Notes under the pieces: model-generated
Databases searched by the model: none
Told to the model about the DNA's origin: nothing
What the model saw: the letters and a program-made list of their open reading frames with translations, nothing else
Position numbers and translations under genes: made by a program
In this document: positions 10,039-21,116 of the stretch, one piece after another
How the letters are laid out: the number at the start of each line of letters is the position of its first letter
Position numbering within the stretch: the first letter of the stretch is position 1
Assembly (NCBI GenBank): GCA_965205265.1
Contig: CBDBGH010000003.1
Location: forward strand, 128,001 to 192,000
Origin: Alphaproteobacteria bacterium
Lineage (GTDB): Bacteria; Pseudomonadota; Alphaproteobacteria; Bin95
Direction: 5' to 3'
DNA length: 64,000 bases

Positions 10039-10254
10039 TCACCTCATGTCGCCCCGGGTCAGCCCCAGCTGCCGCAACATGGATGCAAGGAGACCCGGTG
10101 CGATTTCCTTGCGGCGGTCCTTCACCGTGGTGAAGCGCTGCCCGAGATAAAGGCGTCCGTGGCTTCCTTTACCTTTCCGGGGGTCAAAACGCACTGTCAG
10201 GCTGCGCTCCCTGCCGATTCGCGCAACACGCGCAATGAACTCTTCGCCGGTCAC
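10039..10254 (-). CDS. hicA: HicA family toxin (mRNA interferase)
   Basis: GKGSHGRLY motif, EI..GLLASMLRQLGL; directly upstream of hicB. Confidence 0.88.
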   Translation of the reverse strand: MTGEEFIARVARIGRERSLTVRFDPRKGKGSHGRLYLGQRFTTVKDRRKEIAPGLLASMLRQLGLTRGDMR

Positions 10255-10260
10255 GATAGT

Positions 10261-10276
10261 CGCACATATATGTACG
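10261..10276. promoter_or_regulatory. Palindromic operator upstream of hicA
   Basis: CGCACATATATGTACG with perfect core palindrome ACATATATGT, immediately 5' of hicA. Confidence 0.55.
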
Positions 10277-10310
10277 AATCAAGCCTCAATCCGCAGCGAC
10301 GCCATCCCCC

Positions 10311-11768
10311 TCACCCCGCCATGCCGCCGACGGTCATGGCGTCTATGCGCAAGGTGGGCTGGCCGACGCCGACGGGGACGGACTGGCCGTCCTTGCCGCA
10401 CATGCCGATGCCGTCGTCCAGCGCGAGGTCGTTGCCGATCATCGCGACGCGGGTGAGCGCGTCCGGGCCGTTGCCGATCAGCATCGCGCCGCGCACCGGG
10501 GCCGCGACCTTTCCGTTCTCGATCAGATAGGCCTCGGTCGCGTTGAAGACGAACTTGCCGTTGGTCACGTCCACCTGCCCGCCGCCGAACTGGACCGCGT
10601 AGAGGCCCCGGTCCACGGACGCGATCACCTCCTCCGGCTCGCGCTCGCCGGCCAGCATGAAGGTGTTGGTCATGCGCGGCATGGGCGCATGCGCGAAGGA
10701 CTCGCGCCGCCCGTTGCCGGTGGGCGCCACCCCCATCAGCCGCGCGTTCAGCCGGTCCTGCAGGAAGCCCTTCAATATACCGTCCTCGATCAGCACATTG
10801 CGCGCGGTGGGCGTGCCCTCGTCATCGACGGTGAGCGAGCCGCGCCGGTCCTCCAGCCCGCCGTCGTCCACCACGGTCACGCCCGGCGCCGCCACGCGCT
10901 CGCCGATGAGGCCGGCAAAGGCGCTGGTGCCCTTGCGGTTGAAATCGCCCTCCAGCCCGTGGCCGACCGCCTCGTGCAGCAGCACGCCCGGCCAGCCGGG
11001 GCCGAGCACCACCGTCATCTCGCCGGCGGGCGCGGGCGCCGCGTCGATCTTGACCAGCGCCTGGCGGAGCGCCTCGTCCACCTGCGCCTTCCAGGCGGCC
11101 TCTTCCAGGAATTCGCTGAAGCCGACGCGCCCGCCGCAGCCGTGGCTGCCGGTTTCCACCCGCCCGTCCGGCGCGCGCACGGCGATCTGCACCCGCACCA
11201 CCACGAGCGGGCGGATGTCCGCCGCCGCCTCGCCGCCCGCGCGCTGGATGCGCACCGCCTGCCAGCTTCCGGCGAGCGAGGCGGTCACCTGCACGACGCG
11301 CGGGTCGGCGGCGCGGGCATAGGCGTCGATTCGCGCCAGCAGCGCCGCCTTCTCCGCGAAGTCGGGCGCATCCAGCGGGTTCTCCGGGCCGTAGAGCCGC
11401 CGGTTGGCGGCGGCCGGCGGCAGCGCCAGCGCGCCGCTCCGGCCCGAGGAGACGGCGCGCACCGCTTCCGCCGCGCGGCGGAGCGCCGGCTCGTCCAGGC
11501 TCGCGGCATGGGCGTAGCCGGTCGCCTCGCCCGAGACCGCGCGCAGGCCGAAGCCCTGGCTGATGTCGTAGGTGGCGCCGGCGAGCCGGCCATCATCCAG
11601 CGTCAGCCCCTCCGAGACGGCGTATTGCAGGTATAGCTCGCCGTCGTCCGCGCCCCGGAGCGCCTCGTCGAGAATGCGTTCGGCGGCGGCGCGGTCGAGG
11701 CCGGCGGGCCCGAAGAAGACGGCCTCCGTCTCCTCGAGAGGGGCAGGGCGGGGAAGGGTGGAAGACAT
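10311..11768 (-). CDS. tldD: Metalloprotease TldD
   Basis: GADDGELYLQ, VVLGPGWPGVLLHEAVGHGLEGDFNRKG, PRMTNTFM, CGKDGQSVPVGVGQPTL; divergent from coxB. Confidence 0.95.
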   Translation of the reverse strand: MSSTLPRPAPLEETEAVFFGPAGLDRAAAERILDEALRGADDGELYLQYAVSEGLTLDDGRLAGATYDISQGFGLRAVSGEATGYAHAASLDEPALRRAAEAVRAVSSGRSGALALPPAAANRRLYGPENPLDAPDFAEKAALLARIDAYARAADPRVVQVTASLAGSWQAVRIQRAGGEAAADIRPLVVVRVQIAVRAPDGRVETGSHGCGGRVGFSEFLEEAAWKAQVDEALRQALVKIDAAPAPAGEMTVVLGPGWPGVLLHEAVGHGLEGDFNRKGTSAFAGLIGERVAAPGVTVVDDGGLEDRRGSLTVDDEGTPTARNVLIEDGILKGFLQDRLNARLMGVAPTGNGRRESFAHAPMPRMTNTFMLAGEREPEEVIASVDRGLYAVQFGGGQVDVTNGKFVFNATEAYLIENGKVAAPVRGAMLIGNGPDALTRVAMIGNDLALDDGIGMCGKDGQSVPVGVGQPTLRIDAMTVGGMAG

Positions 11769-11962
11769 GTGGCGGCGGCGCTCCTTGGGCGGGGTTGCGG
11801 CTGCGGACGCAGAGGGGGATTCTACAGCAGGCGGCGCAAACTTGGGACAACGGGTCGCATAAACCGGGCGTGCCGCCGCTTTTATTGTCGGGGCGGTCTC
11901 TACAAGGCCCGCATTCCGGGCTATGACAGGCCCCAGTCGCGGACGTTTGAGGACCATCGGCC

Positions 11963-14454
<2,492 letters not shown>

Positions 14455-14499
14455 CGCCTGTCTCTTGGTCTCCGCCAAGCCGGAGGGCCGACCGAACCC

Positions 14500-15432
14500 G
14501 TGAACGACGCCTCTACCGCAGGAACCGCCAGCTTTGCGCCATCCGCCGGCGTCGGCGCCGGCTTCGCGCAAACCGCCGGCGTCGGCGACTGGCTCGCGCT
14601 GCTGAAGCCGCGCGTCATGTCGCTGGTCGTCTTCACCGGGCTGGTCGGCATGGCGATCGCGCCGGGTTCGCTGCATCCGCTGCTGGCGGCCGTCGCCGTG
14701 CTCTGCATCGCCGCCGGGGCGGGCGCGTCCGGGGCGGTGAACATGTGGTACGACCGCGATATCGACGCGGTGATGGAGCGCACCCGCGCCCGGCCGCTGC
14801 CTCGGGGCCTGATCGAGCCGGACGATGCGCTCGCCTTCGGCATCCTGTTGTCGGCGGGCGCGGTCGGCATGATGGGCCTTGCCGTCAACTGGCTCGCCGC
14901 CGGCCTGCTCGCGCTCACCATCGCCTTCTATGTCTTCGTCTATACGATCTGGCTCAAGCGCCGCACGCCGCAGAACATCGTGATCGGCGGGGCGGCGGGA
15001 GCGATTCCGCCGGTGATCGGCTGGGCCGCGGTCACGGGCGATCTGGCGCTGACGCCGCTCTGCCTGTTCGCCATCGTCTTCATGTGGACGCCGCCGCATT
15101 TCTGGGCGCTGGCGCTCACCCGCTCGGGCGATTATGCCGCCGCCGGCGTGCCGATGCTGCCGGTGACGGCCGGTGCCAGGGAGACACGCCGGCAGATCCT
15201 GATCTACAGCGCCGTGCTGGCGCCGCTCGGCCTGGCGCCCGTGGCGGCGGGCGGCCTCGGCTGGCTCTACGGCGCGGCGGCGGCGCTGCTCGGCGCCGAA
15301 TTCCTGCGCCGCGCGCTGGCCGTCTGGCGGCGCGCGGACGACGCGAGCGCGCGGTCGCTCTTCGGCTTCTCGCTCGCCTATCTGGCGGCGCTCTTCGCGG
15401 CCATGCTCGCGGACCGGGCCCTGGGGCTATGA
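14500..15432 (+). CDS. cyoE: Protoheme IX farnesyltransferase (heme o synthase)
   Basis: [41 protein letters not shown]. Confidence 0.95.
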   Translation: MNDASTAGTASFAPSAGVGAGFAQTAGVGDWLALLKPRVMSLVVFTGLVGMAIAPGSLHPLLAAVAVLCIAAGAGASGAVNMWYDRDIDAVMERTRARPLPRGLIEPDDALAFGILLSAGAVGMMGLAVNWLAAGLLALTIAFYVFVYTIWLKRRTPQNIVIGGAAGAIPPVIGWAAVTGDLALTPLCLFAIVFMWTPPHFWALALTRSGDYAAAGVPMLPVTAGARETRRQILIYSAVLAPLGLAPVAAGGLGWLYGAAAALLGAEFLRRALAVWRRADDASARSLFGFSLAYLAALFAAMLADRALGL

Positions 15433-15555
15433 ATGGCGGAACTGTCCGAAAGAGACCGCCGCCGGCGTTTCAAAAACAGGGTCCTGCTCGTGGCGCTGCT
15501 GGCCTTCGTCGTCGTCGTCTATGCGGTGAGCGTCGTGCGGATGGGAGGCGGCTGA
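15433..15555 (+). CDS. Small cox-operon membrane protein (40 aa)
   Basis: MAELSERDRRRRFKNRVLLVALLAFVVVVYAVSVVRMGGG; conserved position between cyoE and ctaG in Alphaproteobacteria. Confidence 0.75.
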   Translation: MAELSERDRRRRFKNRVLLVALLAFVVVVYAVSVVRMGGG

Positions 15556-15558
15556 GCC

Positions 15559-16191
15559 ATGGCTGACCGCCGCCGGAACCGGCGCATTGCCGCCCTGCTC
15601 GTCACGGTGCCGCTGGCGATGGGCGCGCTCGCATGGGCGTCGGCCCCGCTTTACCGGCTGTTCTGCCAGGTCACCGGCTTCGGCGGCACGCCCGGAACGG
15701 CGGCGGAGGCCCCGCAGGCGGCGGCCGATGCGCCCAGCATCGAAATCCGCTTCAACGCCGACATCGCGCCCGATCTCGACTGGCGCTTCGGTCCGGTCGA
15801 GCGGGCGGTCACGGTCCGGCTCGGCGAGCCGGCGCTCGCCTTCTACCGGGCGGAGAACCTGGGCGACGAGCCGGTCACCGGCGCGGCGGTCTTCAATGTC
15901 ACGCCGCTCAAGGCGGGCGCCTATTTCAGCAAGATCGACTGCTTCTGCTTCACCGAGCAGCGGCTGGGCCCGGGCGAAAGCGCCGACATGCCGGTCTCCT
16001 TCTTCGTCGATCCGGAGATCGCGACCGATCCGAATGTCCGCGATGTCGGGACGATCACGCTGTCCTACACCTTCTTCAGATCGGACGAAGAGCCGCCGGG
16101 CGATGCGGCAACCGAAAAACAACAGGCCGACGCGGCAGCAGGGGAGAAAACCGCCGCCGCGACCAACCGGGAGCAGACCCATGGCGGATAG
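15559..16191 (+). CDS. ctaG: Cytochrome c oxidase assembly protein CtaG/Cox11
   Basis: PLYRLFCQVTGFGGT, YFSKIDCFCFTEQ, TITLSYTFF. Confidence 0.95.
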   Translation: MADRRRNRRIAALLVTVPLAMGALAWASAPLYRLFCQVTGFGGTPGTAAEAPQAAADAPSIEIRFNADIAPDLDWRFGPVERAVTVRLGEPALAFYRAENLGDEPVTGAAVFNVTPLKAGAYFSKIDCFCFTEQRLGPGESADMPVSFFVDPEIATDPNVRDVGTITLSYTFFRSDEEPPGDAATEKQQADAAAGEKTAAATNREQTHGG

Positions 16192-16999
16192 CCACGTCCA
16201 GAAGCACCCCTATCATCTGGTCGATCCGAGTCCCTGGCCGCTGATCGGCGCGGTCGCGGCCTTCCTCGCGACCATGGGCACGGTGCTGTTCATGCATGAC
16301 GGGGTGATATGGGTCATGGCGCTCGGCCTGGTGCTGATCCTCGCCACCATGGCGGTGTGGTGGCGCGACGTGATCCGCGAGGCGGAGCATGAGGGCCATC
16401 ACACCCAGCCGGTGCAGATCGGGCTGCGCTTCGGCATGGCGCTGTTTATCGCGTCCGAGGTCATGTTCTTCTCGGCCTTCTTCTGGGCCTTCTTCGACGG
16501 CGCGCTGTTCTTCGGCGCAGAGGAAATGCCGGGCCGTATCGAGGCGACCGGCGGCGTCTGGCCGCCCGCCGGCATCGTGCCCTTCGAGGCGTTCGGGCTG
16601 CCCTTCCTCAACACGCTCATCCTGCTGCTCTCGGGCGTCACCGTCACCTGGGCGCACCACGCGCTGCTGCACGGCGACCGGGCGGGGCTGATCCAGGGCC
16701 TCGCCTGCACGGTCGCGCTCGGCGTGCTGTTCACCGGCTGTCAGGTGTTCGAATACAGCCATGCCGCCTTCGGCTTCCGCGAGGGCATCTATCCCTCCAC
16801 CTTCTTCATGGCGACGGGCTTCCACGGCTTCCATGTCATCATCGGCACCTGCTTCCTGACGGTCTGCCTGTTCCGGGCGATCAAGGGGCATTTCCGGCCC
16901 GACCAGCATTTCGGCTTCGAGGCGGCGGCCTGGTACTGGCATTTCGTCGATGTCGTCTGGCTGTTCCTGTTCTCGGTCATCTATATCTGGGGCAGTTGA
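16181..16999 (+). CDS. ctaE: Cytochrome c oxidase subunit III
   Basis: HPYHLVDPSPWP, FIASEVMFF, ATGFHGFHV, AAWYWHFVDVVW. Confidence 0.97.
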   Translation: MADSHVQKHPYHLVDPSPWPLIGAVAAFLATMGTVLFMHDGVIWVMALGLVLILATMAVWWRDVIREAEHEGHHTQPVQIGLRFGMALFIASEVMFFSAFFWAFFDGALFFGAEEMPGRIEATGGVWPPAGIVPFEAFGLPFLNTLILLLSGVTVTWAHHALLHGDRAGLIQGLACTVALGVLFTGCQVFEYSHAAFGFREGIYPSTFFMATGFHGFHVIIGTCFLTVCLFRAIKGHFRPDQHFGFEAAAWYWHFVDVVWLFLFSVIYIWGS

Positions 17000-17115
17000 T
17001 GCGCCGTTTCGGGAATTGGCGTTCGACAGTGTCGATGCCGTTCCCCCGGCCCGGCGATACCCCCGGCCTGTCATGGCTGAATGTCCCCGTTCGACAGGCT
17101 CAGGGCAGGCTCCTC

Positions 17116-17201
17116 CGTCATGCCCGGACTTGTTCCGGGCATCTCCCTCGGGGCCGTCGCGGCGGCGGAAATGGATGCCCGGAACCAGTCCGGGCATGAC
17201 G
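17116..17201. repeat. Palindromic dispersed repeat (RPE/REP-like)
   Basis: CGTCATGCCCGGACTTGTTCCGGGCATC ... GATGCCCGGAACCAGTCCGGGCATGACG; related copies at 37275, 57639, 59299. Confidence 0.85.
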
Positions 17202-17219
17202 AGAAGAGGGCATTAGGCC

Positions 17220-17903
17220 ATTCGGCTGCGCTTCCCGTTCGCGCTCTTCGTCCTGCCGGCGCTGGCGGTCCTGATCGGCCTCGGCGTCTGGCAGCTCGAC
17301 CGGCGGGAGTGGAAGCGGGAGCTGATCGACCGCGCGGCAGCGGGGCTCGCCGAACCTCCGCTCACCGCGCTTGCCGGCGTCGGCCCCGGCGACGCCTGGC
17401 GCCGCGTCCGGCTCGCGGGCGCGTGGGAGGCCCCCGAACTATTGCTCCAGAGCCGCACCTGGAACGGCCGGGTGGGTTTCGACGTGCTGGCGTCCTTCCG
17501 GCCTTCGGGTGCGGCGGTTTCGGTGCTGGTCAACCGGGGATGGGTGGAGCCGGCCCGCCGCGCGCCGGATACGCGCCCTCCGCCGCCGGCGGGGCTGGAG
17601 GGCGTGGTGCGCTTCCCGGGCGAGCCCGGCCCCTTCGCCGCCGACAACGACCCGGCGCGCGGCATGTGGTTCCATATCGACCCCGGGGCCGTGGCGGCGC
17701 ATCTCGGCCGGCCCCTCCTGCCCTTCTACATCCAGGCGTCGCCCGTCGCCGATGCGCCGGACCGGCCGCGCGCCCGCCCGCCGGAGCCGCGCTTCCGCAA
17801 CGACCACCTGCAATACGCCCTCACATGGTTTGCGCTCGCAGGCGCGGTGGCTATCCTCTATCTGGTCTGGCGCCGCCGCGCGGGGAGGGAAGGGCCGGAA
17901 TGA
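17220..17903 (+). CDS. surf1: SURF1/Shy1 family protein (no canonical start codon visible)
   Basis: Frame reads RLRFPFALFVLPALAVLIGLGVWQLDRREWKRELI...VLVNRGWV...NDHLQYALTWFALA; upstream in-frame TAG at 17214. Confidence 0.85.
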   Translation: MRLRFPFALFVLPALAVLIGLGVWQLDRREWKRELIDRAAAGLAEPPLTALAGVGPGDAWRRVRLAGAWEAPELLLQSRTWNGRVGFDVLASFRPSGAAVSVLVNRGWVEPARRAPDTRPPPPAGLEGVVRFPGEPGPFAADNDPARGMWFHIDPGAVAAHLGRPLLPFYIQASPVADAPDRPRARPPEPRFRNDHLQYALTWFALAGAVAILYLVWRRRAGREGPE

Positions 17904-17912
17904 GGGGACGGG

Positions 17913-19253
17913 ATGTCGCGCCAGCTTCGCCTTAACCTGTTCGTCCACAGCCGCGGCCATCACGAGGCGTCCTGGCGCCATCCCAAGGCCTCGCCGCTCG
18001 CGCTGACGGACTTCGAATTCCACCGCGAGCTTGCCCGGAAGGCGGAAGACGCGGCGTTCGACTCGATCTTCCTGGCGGACACGCTTTCCATGTCCGGCGA
18101 GGTGGCGCATACGGCGCGCAGCTGGCTGGAGCCGGTCACGCTGCTGGGCGCGCTTGCCGCCGCGACCTCGAAGATCGGGCTGATCGCGACGGCTTCCACC
18201 ACCTATACCGAACCCTTCAACCTCGCGCGCCAGTTCGCCTCGCTGGACCACATCAGCAACGGCCGGATCGGCTGGAACATCGTGACTTCATGGTCGGTCG
18301 CCGCGGCGCATAATTACGGCGACGACGTGCAGGTGAGCCATGCCGAGCGCTACGCCCGCGCCGAGGAATACATGGCGGTCGCGAAGGCGCTCTGGGACAG
18401 CTGGGCCGACGATGCGGTGCTCGACGACCGTCCGTCCGGCCGCTATGCAAAGCCCGGCAGCATCCATGCGCTCGACCATGCCGGCGAGCATTACAGGGTC
18501 GCCGGGCCGCTGAATGTGCCGCGCTGTCCGCAGGGGCGGCCGGTCTTCGTGCAGGCGGGGTCGTCGGAGACGGGGCGCGATTTCGCCGCCCGTCATGCCG
18601 AGGTGGTATTTACCGCGCAGCTGGAGAAGGCGACGGCGCAGGCCTTCTACGCCGACCTGAAGGCGCGGGCGGCGAAGGCCGGGCGGGACCCGGACCGGGT
18701 GGCGATCCTGCCGGGGTTCAGCCCCCTCATCGCCGACACTCAGGAGGAGGCGGAGCGGCTGGTTCTGGAATTGAACGGGCTTGCCGACCCGGAGGTGGGC
18801 CGGAAGCGGCTCTCCGGGCGCTTCGGCGGCTTCGATTTCGGCCATCTGGAACTCGACCGGCCGCTGACGGCCGCGGACTTCCCCGATCCCGATACGGTCG
18901 AGGCGGCGCGGAGCCGGGCGGCGACCATCGTCGGCCTGGTCGAGCGCGAGCGCCCGACCTTGCGCCAATTGCTGGCGAAGCTCGCCGGCGCGCGCGGCCA
19001 CTACACCTTCGCCGGCACGCCGGAGCAGACGGCGGACTTCATGGCGGACTGGCTCCGCGACGGCGCCGCGGACGGCTTCAACCTCATGCCGCCCGTGCTG
19101 CCCTGGATGCTGGACGCCTTCATCGAGCGTGTGCTGCCGATCCTGCGCGCGCGCGGCCTCTTCCGCGAGGCCTATTCCGGCTCGACGCTCCGCGCGCATT
19201 ACGGCCTCGCCCGGCCCGCGCCCGAACTCCCGCCGGGCGCGCGGGCGATCTAG
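17913..19253 (+). CDS. LLM-class flavin-dependent monooxygenase (NtaA/DszA family)
   Basis: LARKAEDAAFDSIFLAD, EPFNLARQFASLDHISNGRIGWNIVTS, PQGRPVFVQAGSS, ADGFNLMP. Confidence 0.93.
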   Translation: MSRQLRLNLFVHSRGHHEASWRHPKASPLALTDFEFHRELARKAEDAAFDSIFLADTLSMSGEVAHTARSWLEPVTLLGALAAATSKIGLIATASTTYTEPFNLARQFASLDHISNGRIGWNIVTSWSVAAAHNYGDDVQVSHAERYARAEEYMAVAKALWDSWADDAVLDDRPSGRYAKPGSIHALDHAGEHYRVAGPLNVPRCPQGRPVFVQAGSSETGRDFAARHAEVVFTAQLEKATAQAFYADLKARAAKAGRDPDRVAILPGFSPLIADTQEEAERLVLELNGLADPEVGRKRLSGRFGGFDFGHLELDRPLTAADFPDPDTVEAARSRAATIVGLVERERPTLRQLLAKLAGARGHYTFAGTPEQTADFMADWLRDGAADGFNLMPPVLPWMLDAFIERVLPILRARGLFREAYSGSTLRAHYGLARPAPELPPGARAI

Positions 19254-19276
19254 CCGCAGCCAGGAGGAGCAACGCC

Positions 19277-20167
19277 ATGAGCGCCACCCCCGTTACCTTC
19301 TATTCGGAGGGCTTCAGGCTGGTGGGAGACCTCTACCGGCCCGACGGCCTCGGCGCGGGCGAGAGGCGGGCGGGCATCGTGCTCTGCCACGGCTATACCG
19401 GGGTGAAGGACCTCTATCTGCCGGACAATGCCCGCGTGCTGACGGAAGCCGGCTATGTCGTGCTCGCCTTCGACTATAAGGGCTGGGGCGAGAGCGAGGG
19501 GCCGCGCGCGCGGCTCGCGCCCTACAGCCGGGTTGCGGACGTGCAGGCAGCGCTGACATATCTGGGCGCGCAGGCGGAGGTGGACGAGGAGCGGCTCGGC
19601 ATCTACGGCACCAGCTATGGCGGCGCCACGGTGGTGTGGACGGGCGCGGTGGACCGGCGGGTGAAATGCGTCGTCAGCGTGGTCGGCATCGGCCACGGCG
19701 AGCGCTGGATGCGCAGCGTGCGCCGGCCGGACGAATGGTTCGACCTGCTGGAGCGCTCCGCCGGGGACCGGGTGAAGCGCGCCATGGAGGGCGAGTCGGA
19801 GCTCGTCGAGCGCAGCGAGGTGCTGCTGCCGGACCGGCAGTCGGCGGCGCTGGCGGCCGCCGCGCGCCGCAATGTGCCCTCCGCGCTCAACACGCTGCCG
19901 CTCGAATATGTCGATGAGACGCTGGGCTTCCACCCGGAATGGATCGTGGACCGGATCGCGCCCCGCCCGGTGCTCTTCATCGCCACGGACGACGACCGGC
20001 TGGTGCCGCCGGAGGAGTCCCAGGCGCTCTACGACCGGGCCGGCGAGCCGAAGAAGCTGGTCGTGCTGCAGGGCTACGGCCACTACGAGGTCTATGCGGA
20101 CCCCGCCTTCACCGAGGTGATGGACGAAACGGTGGCCTGGTTCCGGGAGCATCTGCCGGCCGTCTAG
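19277..20167 (+). CDS. Alpha/beta hydrolase
   Basis: LCHGYTG, FDYKGWGESEG, nucleophile elbow GTSYGG, DDDRLVP, GYGHYEVY. Confidence 0.9.
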   Translation: MSATPVTFYSEGFRLVGDLYRPDGLGAGERRAGIVLCHGYTGVKDLYLPDNARVLTEAGYVVLAFDYKGWGESEGPRARLAPYSRVADVQAALTYLGAQAEVDEERLGIYGTSYGGATVVWTGAVDRRVKCVVSVVGIGHGERWMRSVRRPDEWFDLLERSAGDRVKRAMEGESELVERSEVLLPDRQSAALAAAARRNVPSALNTLPLEYVDETLGFHPEWIVDRIAPRPVLFIATDDDRLVPPEESQALYDRAGEPKKLVVLQGYGHYEVYADPAFTEVMDETVAWFREHLPAV

Positions 20168-20359
20168 AGCGGTGTCCGTTCATGTTGAACCGGAGCGGCA
20201 GCCGCCCTTCGATACGCACCCGCTGACGCGGGCGCTACTCAGGGTGAAGGAAGGCAGGGAGGCAGAGTTTCGAGAATTCCCTCATCCCGAGTAGCGGCGC
20301 CAGCCGCGTATCGAGGGACGGCCGGACTTTCGTTCCAGTCTGAAAGAATCGCGCACTAG
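20164..20359. repeat. CTAG-terminated MITE-like element with nested palindrome
   Basis: Termini CTAGAGCG... / ...CGCACTAG; inner palindrome CCCTTCGATACGC...CTACTCAGGG / CCCGAGTAGCG...CGTATCGAGGG (20205-20317). Confidence 0.65.
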
Positions 20360-20405
20360 GGGGCAATCCTCAGTTCGGGTCGATTGGCGGGCGTGTCGGA
20401 CCGCG

Positions 20406-20732
20406 TCATTCTCTGGATGCGGTCTCTGCTATACCCGTCAATTCGACCGGGGGGCCATCGGGGAACCGCGCGACAAGCGAAAGGCTGCCGCCCATCGCCT
20501 CAACGGTCCGGCGCAGCGTCGAAAGCAGCAGGTCGGAACGCTGCTCGAGCCGCGAAACGCCGTCCTGGGTAATGCCGAGCTGGCGTGCGATGCTGGCCTG
20601 GGTCAGCTGTCGGGCCTTGCGGAGATCCCGCAATGTCATCTCCTCGGCAACCAGCTCGGCTACCCTTTCCTCGACCTTGCGCCGCCTCGCAGGGTCCAGC
20701 CCTGCAATCTTGTCTTCCACGTTCACAGCCAT
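20406..20732 (-). CDS. XRE-family antitoxin (HigA-like)
   Basis: TLRDLRKARQLTQASIARQLGITQDGVSRLEQRSDLLLSTLRRTVEAMGG. Confidence 0.9.
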   Translation of the reverse strand: MAVNVEDKIAGLDPARRRKVEERVAELVAEEMTLRDLRKARQLTQASIARQLGITQDGVSRLEQRSDLLLSTLRRTVEAMGGSLSLVARFPDGPPVELTGIAETASRE

Positions 20733-20925
20733 CGGTAACCTCCTTGCTCTGCGAGCCGGGCCAGGTGCCTGTCGAAGCGTTCAGCGTATCCACCCGGGGT
20801 CGTCCCAGTTGGGGTCCGAATTGTTGCAGCAGGCGGGACATGGCGAGAATCTCGGTCTGGATGTCGTCATGCAATTCGTCGAACTCGCGTTCGAACTCGT
20901 CCGCGATTTCGACGACCCAGCTCAT
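20723..20925 (-). pseudogene. RelE/HigB (Gp49-like) toxin with internal deletion
   Basis: MSWVVEIADEF...FGPQLGRPRVDTLN joined out of frame to the C-terminal RFDRHLARL; the central ELR/RVAFAFDP/LLVAGDK part is missing. Confidence 0.8.
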
Positions 20926-20932
20926 CCTCCAG

Positions 20933-20952
20933 ATATGTTCCAAGAGACATAT
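20933..20952. promoter_or_regulatory. Inverted-repeat operator of the HigBA-like module
   Basis: ATATGT-N8-ACATAT directly upstream of the toxin RBS, next to a TTGACT hexamer on the minus strand. Confidence 0.55.
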
Positions 20953-21116
20953 GCAGTCAACAACATGTTTGAAATCCGCGACACTTGTTTGCAGTCACCG
21001 ATGCGAACGGTCGCCCCGATGCCCGCTGCCGTGCTATCTCTCGCGCCTCTTCGGGGAACGGCGATGAACGGCGGTTTTGCGGCCCGGCGCGGCGGCGGGC
21101 GGGGCAGGGGATGACG

